Source: Oscillospiraceae bacterium (GTDB lineage Bacteria; Bacillota; Clostridia; Oscillospirales; CAG-382). From it: DNA of 64,000 bases. Location: contig SVRW01000001.1 in the NCBI GenBank assembly GCA_015064625.1, positions 132,884 through 196,883 on the forward strand, read 5' to 3'. Positions 18,275 through 28,598 of this stretch are shown here, piece by piece. The stretch's first letter is position 1; each line of letters starts with the position of its first letter. A model generated the notes under the pieces. It saw nothing but the letters and a program-made list of their open reading frames with translations. It was not told the origin of the DNA and searched no databases. The position numbers and the translations under genes were made by a program.

Positions 18275-19288
18275 TTATTTACCAACTTTATCAAGAAATT
18301 TCTTTCCAACCAAATCAACAAGAACGGTATTATCTATAACATCGGAAGAATACTTTGCTTTGAAAGCATCTACAGAATATCCATAATACAAAGCTATATT
18401 TTTCAACTCATCATCAGAATATTTTCCAAGCTCGATATCAAATTCATCTGCATAATAATAAGCAATAAGCTCTTTTTTGCACTGTTCTTCAATAACTGCT
18501 TTCAATGCTTCTGTATCAACAGATTCGTTATAGTTCAGATAATACTCATACGCATTGTTGTATTTTTGATCAAAATACTTTGTATACGCATCTTCATCTT
18601 TATTTATGCTAATGCGAGTTTGCAATTCCTTCCAAATAGCATCAACCTTTGCAGCTTTATCCAATGAAACTTCAAGCCATTTTTCGTAGCTTTCAGCGCC
18701 TTCAGGAAGATTCGAAGCTAAAGAATCAAAGTTTTCTGCTTTTCTCGTTACGTAGTTAATCTTAACTTTAACTTTTGCGGATGTACCATCAGGCAATTTA
18801 CAATTTTCTATGCTGACTTTTTCACCGATAGTTTTGCCAATTAAACCATTCTCAAAGGTAGAATCATATTCCAAGCTCAAATCAAAATTATATTTTGCGT
18901 TAAGCTCATAAGAAGCGGATCCAGAATCAAGAACAATTTCAGAAAATGTCACGTTAACTATGTCAGTAGCAAGAACTTGCTGGTTTTCTCCAACTACAAC
19001 GAAACTTTCTTTTCTTTTAGAAATTTCAGAGTTAACATCAAAAGAACCTACAGTCAATTCAGAAAGAGAAATATTATCGATGGAAGGTGCATTTTTAACG
19101 TAATTCTTGATGTTTTTAATCATGTCTGCTGTTAAATATTCAACAGGTGCTTGAGAAATAAGTTCTCCAGTGCTAGTATCAAGATTTGTTGCAGTTTGTC
19201 CCATTTTACTTGTACAACCTGACAGCAAGAAGCAAGCTATAAGCAACGTAGGTATAAATTTTTTAATATTATTATTTTTTTTCATCAT
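18275..19288 (-). CDS. lipoprotein with trigger-factor-like (FKBP-type PPIase plus C-terminal chaperone-like) region
   Basis: The lipobox is LLSGC. The central segment DIVNVTFSE...NGLIGKTIGEKVSIENCKLPDGTSAKVKVKINYVTRK resembles the trigger-factor PPIase domain pattern. This is a weak, by-eye call. Confidence 0.4.
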   Translation of the reverse strand: MMKKNNNIKKFIPTLLIACFLLSGCTSKMGQTATNLDTSTGELISQAPVEYLTADMIKNIKNYVKNAPSIDNISLSELTVGSFDVNSEISKRKESFVVVGENQQVLATDIVNVTFSEIVLDSGSASYELNAKYNFDLSLEYDSTFENGLIGKTIGEKVSIENCKLPDGTSAKVKVKINYVTRKAENFDSLASNLPEGAESYEKWLEVSLDKAAKVDAIWKELQTRISINKDEDAYTKYFDQKYNNAYEYYLNYNESVDTEALKAVIEEQCKKELIAYYYADEFDIELGKYSDDELKNIALYYGYSVDAFKAKYSSDVIDNTVLVDLVGKKFLDKVGK

Positions 19289-19435
19289 TCAATTCGCTTT
19301 CAGTATCTTTACTTTTTTGCATACAAATGCTTTTATATTTTACCAAAAACAACCGTATAATGCTTTACATTTCTTTTAATTTTTTATTAAAATTCTTCTT
19401 TTTTATACTTATATATCAATCAATAAAAATTTTCG

Positions 19436-19464
19436 TTGACAATAAAATGTTCATATGATAATAT
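19436..19464 (+). promoter_or_regulatory. sigma-A type promoter upstream of comEC
   Basis: The sequence reads TTGACA (19436-19441), a 17-nt spacer, then TAATAT (19459-19464). Confidence 0.5.
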
Positions 19465-19519
19465 GTAGACAAAAATCGAGTATTTTATATATAATAAATT
19501 TGAAAAATCTGGGACTTAT

Positions 19520-21652
19520 ATGCTTAAAAACAGACTTTTTGTTCAAATTACAATAGCATTATTATTTGGAATAACATTTGGCACTTTATATTCGTTCAAT
19601 TCTTTAATAACCCTAATTTTAACTGTATTAAACGTTTTATTTCTTATATCATCTTTTATTTTGCATAAAAAAATGATAATAACTGATAAAACGCTTTTCA
19701 TCTTTTCGTTGTTGATTTGCTTTTTATTCGGATATTTATATTCATCAAATTATTGTAAATTGCGGTTTTCTGATAAAATTCTGAAATGTAACGATTCTGA
19801 AAAAGTATATAACATAGAAGGGGTTATAACAGAAAAGAACAGCAGATACACCGACGTAAAAGTTCTTTCGGGAGATCTTTCCAAAGGGATATGCATCAGA
19901 ATATATAATCTGGATTATCAAGAAAAAGGTTTATCTGTTAAACCATTTCAAAAAGGAAAATTCAGTCTCACCCTCTCCCCATGTCCAAATTACATAAAAG
20001 CAGACGGAATTTCATTTTACGGCAAAGGATACGTTTTTGAAACAGAAAAATACAATGGTTATTACGTAAGCAAAGCTGCATATCTGACAAGAACGTTTTT
20101 ATCTGAAAATATTAAATCAAAATTTTCGGAGAATCCAGAAACTGCCGCATTCATAAATGCAATCATATTGGGAGATACTGCCGAATTATCTGATAAAGTA
20201 TATTCCGATTACGGAAGACTTGGAATTACTCATATTATTTCTGTTTCAGGACTCCACTTCACCATAATCGTTACGAGTTTATTGATGCTCTTACAGTTTT
20301 TGAACATAAAGATGAAGGTAAGAAGTTTTATATGTATTCCATTTGCAATATTTTACTGCATATTAAGCGGTTCTTCTCCCTCTGCTATTCGTGCACTCAT
20401 AATGATAACCATATTTCTATTCGGTCGAATTATACTTTGGAGGATGGATAATCTTACGTCAATTTTCACCGCAGCTTTAATCATAAGCATTGTTAATCCT
20501 TATTCCGTATATAGTACAAGCTTCATTTTATCATTTCTTGCAACATTTGCAATCATTGTATCACCCTCTTTCCTTGGAATAGAAGACCTTTATCATAAAC
20601 CCAAGCATATAAAACGAATAAACAAAGCTGTTCAATCGCTCTTTATAACATTGATAATCAGTATGTTTATCACCCCGGTTTTATATCAAAGATTCCAGAC
20701 GTTATCTCTCATAACTCCGATTGCTAACTTGCTTTTATCAGTATTTTTCACTTTGTTGATGTACATTTCACTATTCTGCGTAATTATATCGCCCTTTGAT
20801 ATTCCCGAATTTCTGACAAAAGCCGTATCATTTTTCATAGACGGTTTCCATGAGATGATTCATAAATTTGCATCTATTAAAAAAATAAGTATTGTCCCGT
20901 CGGAAAGTCTGATTACTATAATTCTGATTCTTGTTATAACATGTACCTTAGCAACGTTTCTGCTTAAGAAGAAGTCACGTGAAATAACGGTTAAGGCAAC
21001 GGTTATTTTATCTGTATTATCTGTTGCTTTGTCAGTAATGATTTCTTCAGTAAATACAAACAAGTATAACAGAATAATCTGTTCAAAGGACGGAGCTTCT
21101 TGTATTGTTATTTCTGACGGTGAGTTATATTTTTTCGTTGAAAACGAAAACTATATCGATTCAGATTTTTTAATTTCAAATAATTATCTTGATATAACCG
21201 CTCTCGTAATAATGGACACAACTGATTCAGAACAAACAGCAAAGCAAATAAATAAGTTTATCAACATTTGCAAATTTGATATAGTTTATGCAAACGAAAA
21301 TATTAAAATCAAAGATGATATCGAAACGAAAAAGTTAAATGAATTTTTCTTTACAGACCATAGTATGACAGATGACAGTGCAGTTGTTATCAATCATAAT
21401 GATTCAAAAAGCTTTCTTTGGCTTTCCGATAAAGCAAACAGTTTTGATTGCAACACGAATTATGATAAAGTAATTATATCAAAATCCTTCATAAAAGACA
21501 AAACTAACGTAAGATATCTTCCTGATTATATGGATGAAATATATATTCCGAAAGGATTTGACGACCAATACATTGTATCTTACATAAAGAAAAATTACAG
21601 CAACACAAAATTATTCTACATTGATGATTTTGAATACAAAATAAAAAATTAG
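19520..21652 (+). CDS. comEC: ComEC/Rec2-family DNA internalisation channel protein
   Basis: The ORF is 710 aa and polytopic, with the competence-domain signature GRLGITHIISVSGLHFTII. The C-terminal soluble domain has a beta-lactamase-like layout but lacks HxHxDH (see findings). Confidence 0.8.
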   Translation: MLKNRLFVQITIALLFGITFGTLYSFNSLITLILTVLNVLFLISSFILHKKMIITDKTLFIFSLLICFLFGYLYSSNYCKLRFSDKILKCNDSEKVYNIEGVITEKNSRYTDVKVLSGDLSKGICIRIYNLDYQEKGLSVKPFQKGKFSLTLSPCPNYIKADGISFYGKGYVFETEKYNGYYVSKAAYLTRTFLSENIKSKFSENPETAAFINAIILGDTAELSDKVYSDYGRLGITHIISVSGLHFTIIVTSLLMLLQFLNIKMKVRSFICIPFAIFYCILSGSSPSAIRALIMITIFLFGRIILWRMDNLTSIFTAALIISIVNPYSVYSTSFILSFLATFAIIVSPSFLGIEDLYHKPKHIKRINKAVQSLFITLIISMFITPVLYQRFQTLSLITPIANLLLSVFFTLLMYISLFCVIISPFDIPEFLTKAVSFFIDGFHEMIHKFASIKKISIVPSESLITIILILVITCTLATFLLKKKSREITVKATVILSVLSVALSVMISSVNTNKYNRIICSKDGASCIVISDGELYFFVENENYIDSDFLISNNYLDITALVIMDTTDSEQTAKQINKFINICKFDIVYANENIKIKDDIETKKLNEFFFTDHSMTDDSAVVINHNDSKSFLWLSDKANSFDCNTNYDKVIISKSFIKDKTNVRYLPDYMDEIYIPKGFDDQYIVSYIKKNYSNTKLFYIDDFEYKIKN

Positions 21653-21665
21653 AAATTACTCAAAA

Positions 21666-21708
21666 AAGACTGCTTGCATATCATTATAGGATATGTTTGC
21701 AGTCTTTT
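21666..21708. terminator. bidirectional intrinsic terminator
   Basis: AAGACTGC...GCAGTCTT encloses an inner CATATC/GATATG stem. It is flanked by A-run and T-run sequences and sits between convergent comEC and the P-type ATPase-like gene. Confidence 0.65.
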
Positions 21709-21717
21709 ATTTCATAG

Positions 21718-24381
21718 CTATTTTTGTTTATCAATAAATTTCAAGGCAAAAACATTAAGAACATGTACTAAAATAGGAAAAACTACAGAAAACGCCACAT
21801 CCTTCCAAATTGGCAAACCGTATGACAAGGAATTTGCAAATAACGGAACAGCGATAATTGCAAGGAGCAATAAAGCCAAAAGAACTAACATCACTGCTAA
21901 ACTCCAATTCAATCCCCACAAGGATTTATAAAAAGGTTTTCCTTCATTAAGAATTGTAAGAGCTGCCACAATAGCGAATATTGCAAAAGTAATAAGAACG
22001 GAAGAAAAACCAGCGTTCCCTTTTACGTTTAAGAATACTACAGTACAGCATATAGAACACTCAATCCCAAGAACCAAGGAAATAGCAAAAGAACGTGGTT
22101 CTGCAGTTTTTTTGCGTTTTTTCAAAGATGAATGATATTGTTTTTTTGGTTCTTTGCAAACCGCAATAAAGCAACTGACAATACCTGATATTAAAACAGA
22201 CGAAATCAGAAAGTCATGCACTCTGTATTCGATACCGAAAATACTTCCGAAGAAATACAACAATAGAAAACAGATATAATTATATACCCCAAATTCACAC
22301 AAGGAATGAATTCTTCGATATATTTTTTTCGCTCCCGAAATAACAACGTTCAATTTATCAAAGCCGCCAGATGACAATATAACGTCAGAGGATTGCTTTA
22401 TCATTTCAGAGCTCTCACTGTCAACAACAAAAGAAATGTCCGCATTTTTCATAACGTTCAAATCCGCTGTGGATTCTGCTGTTACGGCAACTGTTGAACC
22501 TTTTGCCTTTTTTGCAATAATAACGTCTTTGAAAACAGAAGGTGAAAAATACATAAAAAGCTTATATTTAGGAATTTCTTCTAAAAACTCCTCATAGGAA
22601 GAAGCGTTTACCATTTCTTCAGCAACCACCTGATCGTTTTTCTGGAATATTCCATAATTTCTGCCAAGATTATACGCTTTCATATATGCATCCGAAGAAA
22701 ACATACATATATCAATTCCCGCTTTTTTACATTCTGAAACGTCTTTAAGATAATCGATACCAAAATACGTTTTGAACCTTATGAAGCCGCATAACGTAAG
22801 TACTTTTCTATCGTCATAATCCTCAAGTCTATCAAGCCCTGTTTCGCATTTCGCAAGAGCAACCACATAACCCGTATCGTTTGTCTGTGACGATGCAAAA
22901 TAATAATAATTCTCCATATCGTTTTGAGTTATGGTTTTTATCCCCTGCATCGTTTCATGATATTTGCAAAGCTGAAGAACATCTGCCGCCATGCCTTTAA
23001 CAAACAAATATTTCTGCCCCGACTCATAAGCAAGTAAGTATGAAAATTCTCCACCTTCACTTTTATCGGATTCGGTTATGAGGAATTCATCACGCAAGCT
23101 ATCGTAATCAATTCCCGCTTTTTCACTGTATATCGCCGTAGCAACAGCGTTTTGTCTGCCTTCGAAGGCAAATTTTTTATTACCGTTTTTAGAGATTTTT
23201 TTCTCAACGTTTGAGCATATAAGAAAATATTTCAAAATTTTCTTTTCTTGCTCGCAATTTGTAACGTCATCGAGTCCAAGGAAAATACCTTCAACTTCTG
23301 TCTTGTTAATTGGGAAAACGGTATTTTGTCTGACAAGAAGACTATCTGTAAACGCCAACGGCTCTATAGCGCTAAGATTTCTTAAAACAGCGCCTTTTTT
23401 ATTAAGCTCACAAAGCCCTGATGAAAAAGACAAAGCCGCAAAAGAAACAAGAGTATCACAAAATGAACAGAAAGCTACTGCCAGTGAAAACAAAAACGTA
23501 TATGAAAGATGGGAAGAAAAGAAAAGTCCCAACACAAGCATCAAAACACCAAAAAAAGAAGAACTTATGGAAAGCATTGATGAAACGGAATATACGTATT
23601 TAAAAATTGCAGGAACGTTATTATGTTTATTTTTCGGAACACTGTTAAATTTAGTGTCAGCTCCAACAAAACAAACGATTCCCCAACCGCTTCCTTCGCA
23701 AACAATAGAGCCAGCATACGCCATATTTTCAGCACTATCGTCCAACACTTCATCCGAACCAATATCTCTTGCAATCTTACTTACAGGAGCTTCCACGCCA
23801 TTTATTGGAGTTTCGAGAACAGATAATGCATTTGATTCGAACAGTCTGACATCCGCAGGAACAATGCTTCCTTTTTGTAAAAAAACAAGATCCCCAGGAA
23901 CTAAAAACCTTGAATCACTCAAATAAAGCTTCCCGTTCCTTTTCACGTGAGTTTTCAAAGATGCGCTTTTTCTTGCTTTTTTAAAATTCAAAGAAGCAAT
24001 ATGCTCCAAAACACAATCAAAGAAAACGGAAGCACTTACAAGAAATGCACAAATAAGATATGAAGCATCTCTGTAAAAAGCAAAAAAAACAAAAAGCGAC
24101 AACGCGAGAAGAATTGAAACAACCGATTTAATATGATCCATAAACGCAGAAACAAATGTGCGTTTAAACTCGGGATATAGTAAATTAAGACCTGTTTTTT
24201 TTCTTCTTTTTTGTACTGTTTGAAAAGAAAGTCCTTTTTCTGTATTTGTGTTTAAACGTTCTATAACCTCATATATTTTCATATACGCAGGAGATAGAAT
24301 TTTTTTCGATCCGTTTTTCTCATCCTTGAGAACGAAGGTTCTTATACCGCTTGAAGTATTTCTGCTTTCTGACATATTCAT
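21718..24381 (-). CDS. P-type ATPase homologue with degenerate catalytic motifs (probable pseudo-ATPase)
   Basis: The 887-aa ORF has a cation-ATPase N-terminal region (GLSFQTVQKRRKKTGLN) and aligns colinearly with type II P-type ATPases. However, TGES reads NGVE, IPEGLP reads FCDTLV, DKTGT reads RQNTV, TGD reads SSD and GDGVNDAP reads AESTADLN. Confidence 0.7.
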   Translation of the reverse strand: MNMSESRNTSSGIRTFVLKDEKNGSKKILSPAYMKIYEVIERLNTNTEKGLSFQTVQKRRKKTGLNLLYPEFKRTFVSAFMDHIKSVVSILLALSLFVFFAFYRDASYLICAFLVSASVFFDCVLEHIASLNFKKARKSASLKTHVKRNGKLYLSDSRFLVPGDLVFLQKGSIVPADVRLFESNALSVLETPINGVEAPVSKIARDIGSDEVLDDSAENMAYAGSIVCEGSGWGIVCFVGADTKFNSVPKNKHNNVPAIFKYVYSVSSMLSISSSFFGVLMLVLGLFFSSHLSYTFLFSLAVAFCSFCDTLVSFAALSFSSGLCELNKKGAVLRNLSAIEPLAFTDSLLVRQNTVFPINKTEVEGIFLGLDDVTNCEQEKKILKYFLICSNVEKKISKNGNKKFAFEGRQNAVATAIYSEKAGIDYDSLRDEFLITESDKSEGGEFSYLLAYESGQKYLFVKGMAADVLQLCKYHETMQGIKTITQNDMENYYYFASSQTNDTGYVVALAKCETGLDRLEDYDDRKVLTLCGFIRFKTYFGIDYLKDVSECKKAGIDICMFSSDAYMKAYNLGRNYGIFQKNDQVVAEEMVNASSYEEFLEEIPKYKLFMYFSPSVFKDVIIAKKAKGSTVAVTAESTADLNVMKNADISFVVDSESSEMIKQSSDVILSSGGFDKLNVVISGAKKIYRRIHSLCEFGVYNYICFLLLYFFGSIFGIEYRVHDFLISSVLISGIVSCFIAVCKEPKKQYHSSLKKRKKTAEPRSFAISLVLGIECSICCTVVFLNVKGNAGFSSVLITFAIFAIVAALTILNEGKPFYKSLWGLNWSLAVMLVLLALLLLAIIAVPLFANSLSYGLPIWKDVAFSVVFPILVHVLNVFALKFIDKQK

Positions 24382-24425
24382 TTTTGCGGAAAAGCCGCAT
24401 AAGACCTCCTTTTCTCAATATTTTA

Positions 24426-26714
24426 TCATATAGAAGATATAATAAGTTTCTCCATATCAGACGTAACAGAGAAGCCTGTAATCTGAGTTGAATAATTACC
24501 AATAATTATTTCAGCAAGTTGATCTTCAAGCTCTGTCTGAATTAAACGTCTTAAATTTCTTGCACCAAACTTTGTTGAATAGCCTTTTTTCACAAGATAT
24601 GATACCGTTTTATCATCCCAAACCAAAGAAATATTCTTATTTTCAAGAATAGACTTCAAATCAGAAAGCATAATTTTTGCAATTTCTGCAAAATTTTCTT
24701 CCGTCAAGCTGTTGAAAACAATAATTTCGTCAATTCTATTGATGAATTCGGGGCGCAAAAAGCTGTCAAGAGCTTTCAAAACTCTATCTTTGATTATATT
24801 GTTGACGGTTTTTCCAAAACCGACAGATGATTCTGTCTCCTTGCTCCCTGCATTTGTAGTCATTACAATAACGGTATTTTCGAAGTTAACAGTTTTTCCG
24901 TGAGAATCCGTAACGTGACCGTCGTCAAGAATCTGAAGCATAACGTTCAATACATCGGGATGCGCTTTTTCAATCTCATCAAACAAAATTATGCTGTATG
25001 GTCTGCGTCTTATTTTTTCCGTAAGCTGTCCTGCTTCATCATATCCCACGTAACCAGGAGGAGAACCAATAAGTCTTGAAACAGAATGCTTCTCCATAAA
25101 TTCAGACATATCAAGTCTTATAAGAGAATCAGTTCCATCGAAAAGATAAGAAGCCAAAACCTTTACAAGTTCAGTTTTTCCAACACCAGTTTTGCCAGCA
25201 AAAATAAATGAACAAGGTTTCTTTTTATATGATATACCTGCCCTTGAACGTTTTATGGCTTTCGCAACAGCGGCAACAGCTTCATCTTGTCCAACGATTC
25301 TTTCCTTGATAACTTCTTCCATCTTCTGAATTTTATTGAACTCGTTTTCGCTGATATTACTTGCAGGGATTCCTGTCCAGATTTCTATAACCTTTGCCAA
25401 GTCAGCAATAGTAACAGTAAGTCCATCTCTTTCGGAAGAAAGCTTCTCAAATTCTTCATTCAGATTCATTTCAAGCGTACGAAGCTTTGCCAACTCCTCA
25501 TATACGTCCTCACCCTTTTCAGCACGGGCAGACAACGCCTCTATTTCAGATTTTTTATTTCTGATTTCATCGCAAAGCTCGTCAATTCTATTTACAATAG
25601 TGGAGTTCATTGCAACGTAAGACGAGGTTTCATCCATAAGGTCAATAGCCTTATCTGGCAAATATCTTTCCGTTATATATCGCTCTGACATCATAACGAT
25701 ATTTCTTACAATAGATTCAGGAATATTTATTCCATGATGTTTTTCATAATATCCCTTAATTCCCATGAGAATCTGTATAGAATCTTCAATGGTAGGTTCA
25801 TTTATAATTACAGGTTGGAATCTTCTTTCAAGAGCAGAATCCTTTTCGATATACTTTCTGTATTCGTTAAGGGTTGTAGCACCTACGATTTGAATTTCCC
25901 CTCTTGAAAGAGCGGGTTTGAGGATATTTGCCGCACTCATTCCCCCTTCGGAATCGCCTGCTCCTGCTATTGAATGGATTTCATCTATCATAAGAATTAT
26001 ATTTCCAAGGTTTTTAGCCTCTTCAATAATAGCTCTCATTCTGTTTTCAAACTGACCCCTGAATTGTGTTCCTGCAACAACAGCAGTCATATCAACAATA
26101 AGCACTTCCTTATTTTTCAGTTTATAAGGAACGTTGCCTTCAACTATTCTGAGCGCAAGCGCTTCGGCAATAGCCGTTTTACCAACCCCAGGTTCACCGA
26201 TAAGACAAGGGTTATTTTTCTGACGTCTGCAAAGTATTTGCATTACCCTCTCAAGCTCTTTATCTCTGCCGATAATTTTATCAACTTCGCCTTTTCTGGC
26301 TTTTGCCGTCAGGTCGATGCAAAATTTAGACAAGCTCATTCTTTTTTGCTCGTTTTTCTTCTGTTCCTTATCAGAAGAAGCTTTTGCATCGCCTTTTTTC
26401 TCTCCTGCTTCAGTCAAACCGTTTTCACTAAAAAGCTTAAAAAAATCAACAGTTGGTGCTCTTGCTTCTTCAGGAGCTATTTCCTCTGCAGGATTTTCTC
26501 CGCTTTCTATCATATCAAATATTTCTTCCGATGCAGCATCTATTTCCTCAGCAGGAATTCCGAGCTTATCTATCATTTCGTCAACTTGTTTTATTCCAAG
26601 TTTTTTCGCGCATTGCAGACAAAATCCATCGTTAAAGGATTTATCTCCTTCAATGCGTGTAATGAAAAGAATAGCACGTCTTTTCTTGCATCGAACACAT
26701 AATTTCAATTCCAT
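24426..26714 (-). CDS. clpE: ATP-dependent Clp ATPase, ClpE-like (N-terminal zinc ribbon, two AAA+ modules)
   Basis: The N-terminus is CVRCKK...CLQCAK. The Walker A motifs are GEPGVGKTA and GKTGVGKTE. Sensor and Walker B blocks are present ([19 protein letters not shown]). There is no Clp_N repeat domain. Confidence 0.8.
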   Translation of the reverse strand: MELKLCVRCKKRRAILFITRIEGDKSFNDGFCLQCAKKLGIKQVDEMIDKLGIPAEEIDAASEEIFDMIESGENPAEEIAPEEARAPTVDFFKLFSENGLTEAGEKKGDAKASSDKEQKKNEQKRMSLSKFCIDLTAKARKGEVDKIIGRDKELERVMQILCRRQKNNPCLIGEPGVGKTAIAEALALRIVEGNVPYKLKNKEVLIVDMTAVVAGTQFRGQFENRMRAIIEEAKNLGNIILMIDEIHSIAGAGDSEGGMSAANILKPALSRGEIQIVGATTLNEYRKYIEKDSALERRFQPVIINEPTIEDSIQILMGIKGYYEKHHGINIPESIVRNIVMMSERYITERYLPDKAIDLMDETSSYVAMNSTIVNRIDELCDEIRNKKSEIEALSARAEKGEDVYEELAKLRTLEMNLNEEFEKLSSERDGLTVTIADLAKVIEIWTGIPASNISENEFNKIQKMEEVIKERIVGQDEAVAAVAKAIKRSRAGISYKKKPCSFIFAGKTGVGKTELVKVLASYLFDGTDSLIRLDMSEFMEKHSVSRLIGSPPGYVGYDEAGQLTEKIRRRPYSIILFDEIEKAHPDVLNVMLQILDDGHVTDSHGKTVNFENTVIVMTTNAGSKETESSVGFGKTVNNIIKDRVLKALDSFLRPEFINRIDEIIVFNSLTEENFAEIAKIMLSDLKSILENKNISLVWDDKTVSYLVKKGYSTKFGARNLRRLIQTELEDQLAEIIIGNYSTQITGFSVTSDMEKLIISSI

Positions 26715-26806
26715 ATCAAGTTACCTTTCAAGATAATATCTTCGCGTATTAAAACAAATAAGTTTAAATCAAACGTAAACTTTTACGTTACACAATCATT
26801 TTTATA

Positions 26807-27301
26807 TTATTTTAACACCAAATTAATCAACAAATACAAGGGATTGTATTCATAAAAATATTTAAGTATATAAGTGTCATCTATAGAAACACCAGATAAA
26901 AAATCAACACCGAATTTACTTGCAAGAGCAAGAATTCCACCAACGGCTATACAATAAACAGACACTCTGAAAACGCCGAGCAAAATACCAATTACAAGTC
27001 CGCCAAGCTTATTTATGGTTCTGATTATTGGTAAAGCAGATATTATTTTATCGAGGAATATCGTTGCGATTTTAACAATAATCCATGAAATAATAAATAC
27101 CACAAAATACGTTGCCACCTCTCCATGTTCATGGGCAAAGTTGAACGTACTTTTGAATATCGGAGATATAAACAAAGAAAGAATTGCCGTCAAAATCAAG
27201 CTGAACGCATTTATAACTGTTTTTACAAGCCCATTTTTCAGAGCAGAAAAGACGGTCAAACCTACTATAAGTAATAAAATTAAATCAAAAACGATATGCA
27301 T
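26807..27301 (-). CDS. CvpA-family membrane protein
   Basis: The ORF is 164 aa with four TM segments. Its size and hydrophobic pattern match colicin V production protein family members. This is a by-eye call. Confidence 0.55.
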   Translation of the reverse strand: MHIVFDLILLLIVGLTVFSALKNGLVKTVINAFSLILTAILSLFISPIFKSTFNFAHEHGEVATYFVVFIISWIIVKIATIFLDKIISALPIIRTINKLGGLVIGILLGVFRVSVYCIAVGGILALASKFGVDFLSGVSIDDTYILKYFYEYNPLYLLINLVLK

Positions 27302-27333
27302 TATAAATTTTCTCCTTTTTAAAATTATAATTT

Positions 27334-28584
27334 TTAGTTTTCTTCAGACTTATTGTCAAAAATATACATTTCTACAGAATCCAAAGAAGAAAGCAAATAT
27401 TTACCATATTCAATCTTCACCATATGAGAAAAATTTTTTGATATTGAATATGAATGTATGAGTTCAAAATCAGAATTATAGGTGTTGATTTCTCCATTAC
27501 ATAAAACGTGTATAAAATCACCGTCTATAAGAATATCTCTTGCAGTACAAGGTATTTCAAAAGCAGATTTTTCACCGTTCAAGTCTATAATTTCAATTCT
27601 CGTTGACTCATTAAGAAGGGACGTTCCATATGTGATAATAATTTTCCCATTATTTATTTTATATTGTCTTGGTGAATCATTCCAATAATAATGAGAAAAG
27701 GAATTTTCAAGGGAAACGTTATATTTTCTTATTCCTTTATCTGTAAAAAGAAGAAAATTCTCGTTATCTAAAAACTCAACTCCAACGGGATATTCACCTG
27801 TAATTTCACATTCCGCAAAAACAGTATCAATATCTGTACCGTAAACCTTCAGATAAGAAACAACGTTTCCTGTTGTTGAAAAACAAGCAGAAACTGCATA
27901 TTTACCGTCGGGTGACAGAGAGCTTGATTGTAGCGTCAACTCGCCATAATTTGTTTTAAAAAATGGTTGAAAATTTTTAGTATAAATTTGAAAACCTGAA
28001 CGATAACCTTCAGAAGAAGTCTGAACCATAAAAGTTTCTTTATCAGAAACCGAAACGTTATATACCGTTGATTCAAGAGTCAAACGATAGGTTTCCGAAA
28101 ACGAATTATAAAACCTTACCTCTTTACCACCAATATCATATACTATAAGTTGATTTCCAAAGGGAACTGCAACAGGGGATTTATAATTAAAATCATCAGA
28201 AAATAGAACTTTTCCTGAAAACTCAAAGATTCTGATACCATCACTTCCGACAACGGCAAAATCATCTCCAATCAGATATATTTCATTTTTGCTATCGTAA
28301 TCGTAAGAAATGCTATCTCCACTTGAAACAAGGGAAGAAGGTTCATCCTTCATATATTTTACGATATATCTGATACTATCAAAGGAAAGCTCATCTCCAT
28401 GATTCTTCACGGAAAAGATGACGAAAACAGCAAGGATAGTTAAGGAAAGCCATTTTAATACGGCACATCTGACAGACAGCTTCAAATAATGTTCTGAAAT
28501 ATCATTTTCCGAAAAATCTCTCTTTTTGTTATCTCTGAAAATTTCGAACGTGTTCATATTACTAAAGCTTACCTCCCTTTCCAT
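27334..28584 (-). CDS. hypothetical single-pass membrane protein with repeated beta-strand (propeller-like) ectodomain
   Basis: The ORF is 416 aa with one TM (WLSLTILAVFVIFSV). After it come recurring short beta-rich repeats (..YDIGGKEVRFYN.., ..SPDGKYAVSA.., ..IIDLNGEK..). Confidence 0.5.
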   Translation of the reverse strand: MEREVSFSNMNTFEIFRDNKKRDFSENDISEHYLKLSVRCAVLKWLSLTILAVFVIFSVKNHGDELSFDSIRYIVKYMKDEPSSLVSSGDSISYDYDSKNEIYLIGDDFAVVGSDGIRIFEFSGKVLFSDDFNYKSPVAVPFGNQLIVYDIGGKEVRFYNSFSETYRLTLESTVYNVSVSDKETFMVQTSSEGYRSGFQIYTKNFQPFFKTNYGELTLQSSSLSPDGKYAVSACFSTTGNVVSYLKVYGTDIDTVFAECEITGEYPVGVEFLDNENFLLFTDKGIRKYNVSLENSFSHYYWNDSPRQYKINNGKIIITYGTSLLNESTRIEIIDLNGEKSAFEIPCTARDILIDGDFIHVLCNGEINTYNSDFELIHSYSISKNFSHMVKIEYGKYLLSSLDSVEMYIFDNKSEEN

Positions 28585-28598
28585 ATATTTTCCTACGG

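Noticed and set aside
23303-23926. 207-aa plus-strand ORF (and smaller ones at 23421, 23623) inside the P-type ATPase-like gene
   Set aside because: These ORFs are antisense to a 2.6-kb gene with colinear family similarity. Such shadow ORFs are common in AT-rich, codon-biased genes, and I recognise no motif.
25974-26736. 242-aa and 139-aa plus-strand ORFs opposite the clpE-like gene
   Set aside because: They are antisense shadows of a strongly supported AAA+ gene. Their Ser/Phe-rich low-complexity translations are typical of the reverse frame.
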